Below are positions 9,422 through 19,128 of a stretch of DNA of 64,000 nucleotides, one piece after another. A program made the position numbers and the translations under genes. Source of the DNA: Blastocladiella emersonii ATCC 22665 (lineage: Eukaryota; Fungi; Blastocladiomycota); the NCBI GenBank assembly GCA_025594325.1, contig JANHCV010000001.1, positions 1,612,001 through 1,676,000 on the forward strand, given 5' to 3'. The notes below the pieces were generated by a model, which was not told the origin of the DNA, made no database searches, and worked only from the letters and a program-made list of their open reading frames with translations. Within the stretch, counting starts at the first letter, position 1; each line of letters starts with the position of its first letter.

Positions 9422-12175
9422 CTATACGCGCGCGAGGTCGAGGTCAGCGGCAGCGTCGCGACGTGGCGGGGAGGGAAAGCGTACGTAGTTGACCTTGGGC
9501 CGGCAGTCGTCGAGTATCCGCGGATCGAGCGCCCTCTCAACCACGAACTCGCCAGGCGACGGTGGCCGCACCTTGGGCGGCGGTCTTGGCGGTTCGCCGA
9601 CATGGACCGCGTACGCCTCAGCCGCGGGTGCTGGCGAGCTCGAGAACGCGGCCCTCGCGACGGGTTCCGCGAGGACGCGCGCCGTCCACGCGGCCACGTC
9701 CCGCTCGAGCGACGCGCGCTCGTCGACGAGCCGCTGCCACTCGGCCGCGAGCCGGCCGCGCTCCGCCTCGAGCGCCGTCTCGCCTATGTGCTTGTGGTGC
9801 AGGACGTCGTGGTGGAGCGACTGGATCCGCTTGCGCTCGCCGGCCGCGCGCTCGTAGCACGCCCTCGCCTCGTCGAGCGCCGACTGCACGTCCCTCGCGC
9901 GCTCGTCGAGAGACTCGCGCTCAACCGCGACCTTGGTCTGCGCCATGGCCAGCCGCTGCCACCCGACCGCGAGCCGCGCCTCCTCGCGAACCAGCGCCTC
10001 GGTGCGCCGCGTCAGCTCGCGGTGCTCCGTGTCGTGGAACGTGGCGATCTCGGCGGCCGCGCGGTCGTGCTCGAGCCGCCGCCGCGCGACCTCGGCGAGC
10101 CCGGCACCTACCTCCTCGCGCTGCTTGGCCAGCGTCACGCGCTCCGTGACCAGCGCGCGCCGCTCGGCCTCGGACGACACGGCGTGCTCCTTACGCGCGA
10201 GCTCGAGCCGCTCGCGCGCCGCGTGCAGCTCGACCCGCGCCGTCTCCGCCGCCGTATCCGCTGCGGCCCGCGACGCCTCGACCGCCGACCGCTCCTGCGC
10301 GAGCCGCGCCGTCTCCCGCTCCGTCCACTCGCGCACCTGCGCGTCCCGCGCCAGGACTTCGGCGCGCAGCGCCGCCACCTCGGCCGCCGCGGCACGCACC
10401 TCGTCACGAGCGCGGTCGACCGCGTCCTTGTCGCCCTGCAGCGCGGCGGTTGCGGCGGCGAGGTTCCGTTCCCGCTCCGCGAGCGCGGCCTCGCGCGCAT
10501 CGAGCGTCGCGACCTGCGCCGTCTGCACGGCCGTCACGCGGGACTCGTGCTCGGCGACCGTCGCCACGAGCGTCTGCAGCGTCGCCGCGGCGGTGGTCAC
10601 GGTCGAGGCCGTCGCGGTTGCTGTGGCGTGCCGCTCCTCGACGCGCGCCAGCTCGGCGGCGTGGGCCGCGGTCAGCGACGCGAGCTCGGTGGCGTGCGCG
10701 GTCTGGAGGTCGGCGAGCTCGGTGCGCACGGCGGCGAGGGCAGACTCGGCCGCCGCCAGGCGCGAGACCAGGTCGGTGGACGACGACTTGGACTCGGCGA
10801 GTTGCGACTCGAGCTCGGCGATCCGCGCGGCCTGGGCGGGATCCGCCTGATATACGATCGTCGGTGCGGCAGGAGGTGGAGCCGGTGCAGTGGGTGGGGC
10901 AGCTGCGGCGAAACGTGGTGGGACTGGTAGAGCGGTGGCCGTTGTGGACCGGGTGAGGAACGAGAGCGGCGATGTGACGGCGGCCGAGGCCGCGGCGGGA
11001 GCTTCCATAGATGCGGCACGAGACACGGCCGCGGCGCGAACGGGTGGTGGACTCGGTTCTCGCACGGGTTCGGGAGGAGGTGAAGGCGCAGCTGGTGCGC
11101 GGCGGGGTTGCTTGAGAAGCCCGGCCAGCGGATCACCAGCGGGCGGCCGTGCTTGAACAGGCGCTGGCTGCTGAACCGGATCCGGGACTGGTGCCGGTGC
11201 AGGCGGAGCCGGTGCAGGTGCGGGAGCTGACGCCGGCTTGGGCGCGCCGAGGAAGGCGAGCGGATCGCTGACGGCCGTCGAGGCCGCCCCGCCGCTCGGC
11301 TTCGGTGCAAATAGCGAGTCGAGTCCGCCGGAACTCCCACCACCACCGTCACCGAGCGTCTCCTGGGCCATGTTGAGCAGCCGTCGACGTCGCTGGCGTG
11401 CGGCCTCGGCACCGCCGCCCGCGTTGGACGACGGCTGGCGCAGAAAGTCGGGCAGCTCGACGTCGTCGTTGTCGGTTTCGCTGACGGGCGCTGGCGAGCG
11501 GGCTCGCCCCGAAGCCGGCTTGGGCGTGTCCTTGACGGCCGTAGCGGCGGGTGGAGCGATGGCTGCACGCGACTGTTTCGGCGAGTCGAGCAGGTCGAGC
11601 ACGTTGTCGTCGTCGCCACCACCGCCCGTGGCCGCGCTCTGGCCGAGCGTCGAGATGGACAGGATCGAGGACCGGCGCGAGGATCGAGATCCGGTTGCGG
11701 CAGACATGCCGAACAGACCCTGTCCGGCCGGTTCCTGCGCCGCGGGTGGTGGTGGTGCAGCGGCGGGCTTTGGCGGGTCGGCGAACAGGCTCGGGCGGTC
11801 ACCGCCGCCGAAGAGACTGTTGCCGCCGAACAACGAGGTGAGCCCGGCGGCGGCGGGAGTGCCGGTGCTCGGTGGCGCGGGTGCGTCTTCGAACAGCGAC
11901 CGCGGCCGCGCGCTGCCCGAGTCGTTGGACGAGATCCCGAGCGAGAAGAGCGACGGCTGCGACCCCGCGCCGCTGGTCCCGCTGAGTCCGAACAGGCTCC
12001 CGGACGGTTCCGGTGCCGCGGGAGCGGGGGCCGGGGCGCTTTGCTTCACGGGTGGTGGTGGAGCAGGTGCCACTGCTGCCACGGGCGGCGGCTTGGCGGA
12101 CGGGGCCGAGAGGTCGGCGTCCGAGTTGAGAATGTCGTCAATGTTTTCATCCCACGAGTTGCTGTCGTCATCCAT
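9422..12175 (-). CDS. Large protein with disordered Pro/Ser N-terminal half and long C-terminal coiled coil; resembles the ciliary transition-fibre protein FBF1
   Basis: ATG at 12175 (MDDDSNSWDENIDDIL). About 330 aa of heptad-rich E/R/A coiled coil; segments such as ETARLAQERSAVEA and ARERLELARKEH recall the FBF1 C-terminus. Identity is from memory only. Confidence 0.5.
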   Translation of the reverse strand: MDDDSNSWDENIDDILNSDADLSAPSAKPPPVAAVAPAPPPPVKQSAPAPAPAAPEPSGSLFGLSGTSGAGSQPSLFSLGISSNDSGSARPRSLFEDAPAPPSTGTPAAAGLTSLFGGNSLFGGGDRPSLFADPPKPAAAPPPPAAQEPAGQGLFGMSAATGSRSSRRSSILSISTLGQSAATGGGGDDDNVLDLLDSPKQSRAAIAPPAATAVKDTPKPASGRARSPAPVSETDNDDVELPDFLRQPSSNAGGGAEAARQRRRRLLNMAQETLGDGGGGSSGGLDSLFAPKPSGGAASTAVSDPLAFLGAPKPASAPAPAPAPPAPAPVPDPVQQPAPVQARPPAGDPLAGLLKQPRRAPAAPSPPPEPVREPSPPPVRAAAVSRAASMEAPAAASAAVTSPLSFLTRSTTATALPVPPRFAAAAPPTAPAPPPAAPTIVYQADPAQAARIAELESQLAESKSSSTDLVSRLAAAESALAAVRTELADLQTAHATELASLTAAHAAELARVEERHATATATASTVTTAAATLQTLVATVAEHESRVTAVQTAQVATLDAREAALAERERNLAAATAALQGDKDAVDRARDEVRAAAAEVAALRAEVLARDAQVREWTERETARLAQERSAVEASRAAADTAAETARVELHAARERLELARKEHAVSSEAERRALVTERVTLAKQREEVGAGLAEVARRRLEHDRAAAEIATFHDTEHRELTRRTEALVREEARLAVGWQRLAMAQTKVAVERESLDERARDVQSALDEARACYERAAGERKRIQSLHHDVLHHKHIGETALEAERGRLAAEWQRLVDERASLERDVAAWTARVLAEPVARAAFSSSPAPAAEAYAVHVGEPPRPPPKVRPPSPGEFVVERALDPRILDDCRPKVNYVRFPSPPRRDAAADLDLARV

Positions 12176-12430
12176 GGCGTGTGCGATTCCGTGAAGGGTT
12201 AGGAGAGGCGATCGGCGGGCCGATGTCGAGAGGCGCGTGCGCAGGCACGACGCGTCTCGCGTCTCGCAGCGCGACGGCGCACGTGGGCGGCCTGATCCGC
12301 CACGCGCTCGCGCGGTCCCTCGCCAAGACGTCGCGAGCGCGCGCGTACCGCTGCCGGGGACCGCGAGGAACGACCACCCCTTGCTCGTCGACCCGCACAC
12401 CACCTGCTGCAAAGGTGGGTGCACTTCACC

Positions 12431-14819
12431 ATGGACTCGTATGACCACCTGATGTATGGCGGCGACGACGCTGACGTGTCGGCCGCCAGCGACGCTGGGT
12501 GCGTGCTCCGCTTTCCCCACCCTCTCTCTCGGTGCCACCCGACACTGGCGCTAACCCGTCACCCCCCGGCCATCCCCTCCAGAAGCGACGTCGAGTCGGA
12601 CGTCGAGGAGGCGGTGCTCGCGCAGATCCACTACCGCCCGAGCTCAACCTTCAAGCCGGCCGAGAAGCCCAAGCCTCCGACCCCGGAGGCGAGGACCGCC
12701 CCCACCGTCGCGCACGCCGCCGAGTCGGGCCGCTCGACTCCGAGCACCGACGATCCGGACAGCGGCGGCGGCAGCGCTGACGAGGACGACGACTCGCGCT
12801 ATGCGTCGTCGGCGCGCAACGCCCCGGCCCAGTCGCGCTCGGTCGTTGTTGCTGACAGCGACGACGAGGCCGACGATGCGTCCTCGACGACGCGCCGCCG
12901 CACCAACACCACCTCGGACCGCGCGGGCGGCGGCGAGCCCCCGGCCGAGCGCCCGCGCGTCGACACCCCGTCCTCGCTCGCCCCTTCCACCAGCGATGAC
13001 GGCGCCGACGACGGCCTCACCCTGCACGTCATCGACACGGAGCTCCTCGCGCAGCGCGACGCCGAGGAGTTCGACGGGCCCGCCCACGACTTTGGCTACC
13101 TCGACAGCGCCCGGCTCAAGGGCAAGTCGCGGTACTGGCTCCCCGACCCCACCGAGCCCATGCCCGTCTCCGACGACCTCCACCTGCCGTGTCTCCGCTG
13201 CAACAGGGCGCATAAGGAGGCGTGCAGGTTAATCCGGGTACGTCGGTCTTCGCTCATCCCGTCCCGCCCCGATTCCGAGTGGTTAACCTCAATCTCCCCC
13301 TATAGTGCGACGCGTGTTTGGCCACCAACTCGCACACGACGCCCAACTGTCCGCTTTCGCAGTCGCCCTGCTACAAGTGCGGGTCCCCCGCCCACCCGAG
13401 CACTTCATCTGTGCGTCTTCTCGTCGAATGGTCGGTTTCATGGGCGTCATCTCACCACGGTCGTGTCGCGCCTGCAGGATTGCCCGCTCGGCAAAAAGGA
13501 GAAGGGCGAGCTTTGCTCGGATTGCCCTGCCCCGGCCCTGCACCTCGCCACGGTACGCGTCGCTCACTGCGCGGATTCTCATGGCCCCGCTGCTAACCGC
13601 CCTTCGACGCCGTGTCCAGGAATGTCCTCGAATATGGCGCGCCTACGTCCTCGTCGACGAGGACTCGCGCTCCAGCTCCACCTCCAGGGTACGACTGTAC
13701 TGGACTCTTGAGGTTCATCCGCGCTGATCCTCACCTGACCCACGATCGTATAGTCGTCTTCGCCCTTCCCCTTGACCTGCCCGTCCTGTGGCGGCAGCCA
13801 CGGTCTCAACGTACGCTTCGTCAGCCCCCGAAGCTATCGTCGTCCGCGAGCTCACCGTTTCGCCCCGCCTCTAGGAATGCCCGACGAGCCGCCCGGTCCG
13901 CGCCGGCCTGCTGTCGCCCTTCACCAACGTGGACATGCACTCGCGCGCGTGCCGGCTCCCCGCGCGCGGCGAAGTCGAACACCCGATCCGCGTCCCGACG
14001 ATGCCGGACCTCAACCGCGACGACTACCGCGTCGAGGCGGCGCGCCCGCACTTTGAGCCCATCAAGGACTTGCGCCGCAACGGCAGCAACGGTAACAACT
14101 ACCAGCGGTCGTACCCGCCGCCGACCGACAAGAACGCCAAGCTCGAGACGCCGTGGCGCCACAAGGACCGCAACGACAGCCGCGGGCCCACGAGCGGCGG
14201 CGGTGGTGGCGGCGGCGGCAAGCTGGGCTTTGCCAACGGCCCGCACACCTACAACAGCCGCCAGGGCCAGTCGTCGGGCGGGTCGTCGTCGGCGCACGCC
14301 GCGGCCCACGCCGCGCGCGGGAACGGCAGTAGCGGCGGTGGCAACGCGCACGGGCGGGATCGCGACCGCAGCTACGACAATCGCGACCGCGACCGTGGGT
14401 ACAACAACCGTGACCGTGACGGACGCGACTACAACACTCGCAGCAACAACAACGGCGGCAGTGGCAGCAACAGCTACAACAGCAACCGCGATCGGGATCG
14501 TCCTCGCGATTACGGCAGCAGCAGTAGCAGCGGCACGCACTCGCAGGCCAACCGGCCGGGCTCGTCCAACTGGAACCGGTTACAGGGCCGCAGCGGGTTC
14601 GGCACGCTCAACACGTCGTCGTCGTCGTCCAGCGGCGGCAGCAGCACGTTACCGAGCCGGCCACCGCCCACGCCGTTCAACCGCGGCGGCGGTCGCAACG
14701 CCAACAACAGCAGCAACGGCGGCGGCTACAACAACAACGGCAACTTCCCCCGCGGCGGCGGGTCAGGGAACAAGGGCGGCTCGCAGCCACGGTACCAGGG
14801 CGGGTACTCGCACCGCTGA
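12431..14819 (+). CDS. Air1/Air2/ZCCHC7-like multi-zinc-knuckle RNA-binding protein (TRAMP subunit-like) with RGG/N-rich tail
   Basis: Six introns (12499-12582, 13238-13305, 13411-13477, 13553-13619, 13689-13753, 13811-13874) join five CCHC-like knuckles, plus ECPRIWRAY, similar to the Air-family CPxIWRxY linker. An N-terminal EEAVLAQIHY motif and an R/D/N/G-rich C-terminus are also present. Confidence 0.68.
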
Positions 14820-14930
14820 GCCCGCCGTCGCACCGACCCCGTCTCCTTGATTGCATCCATTGATTCCTCTCGATACACTCTCCCAGCCTTTTCACGCATA
14901 TATATTTCTCGCCAGCGCGCTCATCCAGTC

Positions 14931-15575
14931 TCAGGGTCCCGCGATCCGGGCGATCCCCTTAACGGAGCTCTTGGAGAAGGCAAAGTCGACGGCGACGGTC
15001 TTGGTCAGCAGCTCCTTGCCGTTCATGGCGGTGACGGCGGCCTTGGCCTCGGCGTACGTCGCGTACTCGACAAACGCGTAGCCCTTGACGTAGCCCGAGC
15101 GGCGGTCCAGGTTCAGGTGCAGGTTGCTGATGGGCCCGTACTCGCTGAACACGTCGTACAGGTCCTCCTCGGTCGCCTCGTCGTTGATGTTGGTCGCGCA
15201 GATCACGTAGCCCTCGACGGCTAGACGCGCGAGCGGGGAGGGTTAGGGACGGTTGACAGGGCGAGGGAGAGGGTGGGACACGAACACTTTTGCGCGCGGC
15301 CCGTGTTGGCCTCGGACTGCTCGTAGGTCTCGTAGTCCATCTCGTCGATCATGCCCGGCTCGCGGTCGCTCGCGCCCACGAACCCGCGGCCACGGCGCAC
15401 GCGGCTGTCGGCTGCTACAACAACACGTCGTCGGGGGTGATCAGCGCGCGCGTGTGAGGGCAACGCGGTAGAGGGACCGCTTACCCTCGGCCGAGCGCTC
15501 CACCTCCATGGCGTCCTCCTGCGCCCTGCGGCGCGCGGCGAGGCCGACAAAGCTGAGTTCGGGTTCGGGTTCCAT
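14931..15575 (-). CDS. RBM8A: Exon junction complex RRM protein Y14/RBM8A
   Basis: RRGRGF, SVEGYVI, and RRM with NLHLNLDRRSGYVKGYAFVEY...VAVDFAF. Introns 15484-15415, 15285-15221. Confidence 0.95.
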
Positions 15576-15816
15576 TGCAGCGAGTGGTTTGGTCCGCGAA
15601 AGAGGAGGGGAGGGGACGGCGCGAGTCGGAGGGCGATCGCTGCACGCAGCGCTGCACGCGGACGTGACCGCGCGTGGCGGGCGGAACGAGGAGAGCGGGT
15701 GCCCGACTCGGCCTCCGCGTCGACGGCGACGCCCGCGCCACGCTCTCTCTCTCCTCTCCCCCTCGCTCAAAGCACACAGAAACGCACCGCGCAACGTAAC
15801 GCAACGCATCAACACC

Positions 15817-16170
15817 ATGTCGTCCATGCCGATCCCGACCTCCGCCACGGCGCCGGCCTCCGGCCCCTCCACCAGCAGCACGGCGGTCGTCGGCCCGCAC
15901 GGCGCCGTGTCGCTCAAGTCCAAGCTCCCGCCGTGGGTCGTGTCGGCCGTGTCCAAGGCCGCCAACTTCCTGTTCTGGCCCTTCATCGGCGGCATCATGT
16001 ACGGCGTCGGCGAGGTGGCCGCCCGCGAGTACCTGGCCCGCAAGGCCAAGTGGGGCGTCGCGCCCAGCGCCGAGGCCGCCGTTGCCCAGGCCCGTATCGA
16101 GGCCGACCGCCGCGCCGCCCGCGACGAGCAGCAGGTCGCCGCTACGCTCGCCACCCAGCGGATCCGCTAA
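15817..16170 (+). CDS. MIM1: Mitochondrial outer-membrane import protein Mim1/Tom13
   Basis: 117 aa with a single TM, AANFLFWPFIGGIMYGVGEVAARE, matching the Mim1 signature (INL.LPF.NG.MLGFGE..A.E). Confidence 0.75.
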   Translation: MSSMPIPTSATAPASGPSTSSTAVVGPHGAVSLKSKLPPWVVSAVSKAANFLFWPFIGGIMYGVGEVAAREYLARKAKWGVAPSAEAAVAQARIEADRRAARDEQQVAATLATQRIR

Positions 16171-16306
16171 GGTTGAGCGAACCGACCGCGCAAACGCCGC
16201 AACAACGAACGAGAATGCGTGACTGTTCCGCCCCGATTCCCTGTACAAAAGCTCTCTGTGGTATATATACATCTTACATCGACCACACCACACCCGAGCG
16301 CACCCC

Positions 16307-17341
16307 TTACGCGGGCGCGATCCCGAGCGACGACGAGATCGACCCAAGCAGCATCGACGCGAGCCCGCTCTCGATCCGCCCGCCCGCGTCCGCGTACGCG
16401 ACGAGCACGCCGCCCGCCCCGCCGAGTGCGCACAGCGCCGGTGGCAGCCCGACCGCCACGTACACGCGGCGCGGCGTCTTGCCCGTGCCCGGGTCCTTAT
16501 TCCTCGCCAGCATGGCCGTCACCGAGACCCGCGGGCACGTCACGGGCGGGCTTCCGGGGACCGCGAGCTGGATCGCGTCGTGCGCCGGCGTCGCGCTGAA
16601 CGCCGCGCCCACGTACCCCTGGCGCGCGTGCAGGTGCTGCGCTGCAGCCTGCAGCACGGGCAGCGGCTGCGGCGCCGCCAGCGGGTGCGGCCGCACCACG
16701 GTCGCCACAGGGAGGACCGGGAGCACCGTTACCGACATGGTCGGTGTCGGGACCGCTACCGCGCCCACGGTCGGCGTCGGGTGCACTACCAGCACGTGCA
16801 GCGGCGGGTCCGACCGGTACCACAGCGTCGTCCCCGCCGGGAAACGCAGCGTCGCGCGCGTGTTGGTGACCACGAGGTGCGCGGGGAGAGGCGAGATGTG
16901 TGTCAGCGACGCGGCCGGCGTCGCGAGCGGGTGGACGACCGCGTCGATGAGCGCGTGCACGGGCTCGGACCACGTCGCGGCCGGCGTCACGGGTGGCGGG
17001 ACCTGGACCGGTACTGGCGGCACGAGATGCTGCTGCTGCGCCTGCACGGCGGGTCGACCGGGCAGCGACTCGACCGTGTGCTCGCCGGGCATCGGGATCG
17101 GCGAGTACTCGGGCGGCGGCACCGCGCCGTGGACCGGGTCCTCTTCTTCTGCGGGAGCGGAAACCGGTCTTGGCACCGTGCTCGTGCCCGCGCCGTGCGG
17201 GTGCAGGCTGCTCATGTTCATGACCGTGTTGGACCGCGGCGGCAGCGGCGGGCGGCCGTCGGGACCGCGCGGGAGGGTCCCCGGCAGCACGGCCGCCGAC
17301 TGCGTGTGCATGAGGCCTGGGCGGTGAGATTGAGTTTCCAT
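16307..17341 (-). CDS. Hypothetical protein with Pro-rich N-terminus (PPLPPR, PPPEY) and beta-rich C-terminal domain
   Basis: Intronless ORF from ATG 17341 with GC3-rich codons, flanked by UTR-like low-complexity DNA. No family recognised. Confidence 0.65.
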   Translation of the reverse strand: METQSHRPGLMHTQSAAVLPGTLPRGPDGRPPLPPRSNTVMNMSSLHPHGAGTSTVPRPVSAPAEEEDPVHGAVPPPEYSPIPMPGEHTVESLPGRPAVQAQQQHLVPPVPVQVPPPVTPAATWSEPVHALIDAVVHPLATPAASLTHISPLPAHLVVTNTRATLRFPAGTTLWYRSDPPLHVLVVHPTPTVGAVAVPTPTMSVTVLPVLPVATVVRPHPLAAPQPLPVLQAAAQHLHARQGYVGAAFSATPAHDAIQLAVPGSPPVTCPRVSVTAMLARNKDPGTGKTPRRVYVAVGLPPALCALGGAGGVLVAYADAGGRIESGLASMLLGSISSSLGIAPA

Positions 17342-17574
17342 GGGTGGGTTGTGTGTTGAGGTTCTACTGTATGAGAGGGAGAAGGGAGGAGCGCGCGGTT
17401 CGCGGAAGCTTTGCAGTGCGCGCGACCAGCCAGCGAGCCGGGCGGAGAAGAGGCTGCGCCGCATCAGCTGACGCGGGCGCCTTGGCAAGAGCAACGCGTC
17501 GCCGTCGAGTCGGCGCCACTCCTCGCACTCTTGCAGCAGCATCTTGAAAGCGACGAATCAACCCACCAAACACC

Positions 17575-18303
17575 ATGCAAGCAGCCCTGAGTGGCATGAA
17601 CTCGCGCCTATCGTCGATCGGCGGCGGCGTCATTGGGTCGAGCAGCGACTCGCGCGGGGGCGCGGGCGGCGCACGGTCGATCCTGGACCGCAACCCGAAC
17701 CGGCTGCGCAACACGGACATGTCGCTGTCGGCGTTCGGCTTCCTCTTCTCGGAGCTCGTCCAGTACTCGCAGCGCAGCGCCAAGGGCGTGCAGGACCTCG
17801 AGCGCATGCTCAACCTCGTCGGGTACCGCGTCGGCCAGCGGTTCCTCGAGCTGCTCGTCGCACGCGACAAGGGCGGCGCCAAGCGCGAGATCCGCCTGCT
17901 GCAGGTCCTGCTCTACATCAACACCAACGTGTGGAAGGCCCTGTTCGGCAAGTCGGCCGACACGCTCGAAAAGTCGTCGGAGAACGACGACGAGTACATG
18001 ATCTCCGACAACGACCTGCTCGTCAACCGCTTCGTCTCGGTCCCAAAGGAAATGTCGCAGCTCAACACGGGCGCCTTTGTCGCCGGCGTCATGGAGGCTA
18101 TTCTCGACGGCAGCGGCTTTGTACGGTCTCTCCGACGTTTCGATTGCCCTCTTCCTCGTTTTCTCATCCCCTTTGATGTGTAGCCCGCTCGCGTCACCGC
18201 ACACACCGTGCCCATCGACGGGTTCCCCATGCGGACAACCATCCTCATCAAGTTCGACCCCAAGGTCATTGAGCGCGAGAAGCGCATGGGCGACACCAAA
18301 TAA
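17575..18303 (+). CDS. TRS31: TRAPP complex subunit Trs31/TRAPPC5
   Basis: SILDR, MSLSAFGFLFSELVQYSQ, GYRVGQRFLEL, VWKALFGKSAD.LEKS, LNTGAFVAGVMEAILDGSGF|PARVTAH, TTILIKFD. Intron 18121-18183. Confidence 0.95.
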
Positions 18304-19128
18304 TAGACGACGGGTCAAATACACGCACACACGTTAAAATTGCCAACCCACTTCCCTCGACACCCCCTCAACCCTTGGGAAGGGCGCGTCATCGAAGCGG
18401 CAGACTCTGAACCCCCGCGCGATCCACGCGTGGCCCTCGGTGGCACGCATCGCGCGCGAACCTGTCCCAGATGGGCGTCTCGCTTGCTTCGAACACATCA
18501 AGCACGCCAGCGTGGGGGAGTCTTACGGGTGCTGACACCATTGCGGCCATCGGAAAGCTCGCGTTCAGGGCCTCCACAACCCCGCCGCGTCGTCCTCGCT
18601 TGCGTTTTGCCAAGTGACTCAAACTCGCCTTCTCTCGTACCGCGACGGCCGCCGCGTCGCGTCAAGGCAGTGGGTGCGACGACGACGACGACGACGACAA
18701 CGGCGCCTTCACGACACGACGCTGTGCGCGGCGCGAGCCTGTTCTCGCTCGATCGGCGGGCGCTATGACGACGCTGCGTTTCTCGATTGGCGGGCGGGCG
18801 GCGGGGTAGACAGTGAGTAAATGAACGAAATGAATGGTGCGGCCCGGTGGAGGAGGGCTGTCGGGTCTCACTCGAGTTGGTCGCGCGCGCGCTGAACGAT
18901 GCGATGATGCGGGACGACGACGACGACGACGACGCGAGTCTCTCTCGCTGGCGCGAGTAAAAGGCTAGCAGCAACCAGACAAAGGGAATCTATACACCAC
19001 ATCTAGCTATCTCTATTTCCTATCTCCAAAGGCAAAAACACAACAACTCACGACACACCGGCGCAGCCGAGCCTCGTCCGCCGCGCGTCCCGCGTGCGGC
19101 GTGCGGCGTGCGGCGACGACGACGGCTA

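Noticed and set aside
3817-16170. Clustering of mitochondrial-function genes (MRPL20, SLM3, BCS1, MIM1)
   Set aside because: They are interspersed with unrelated genes, and the category is large enough for this to be chance.
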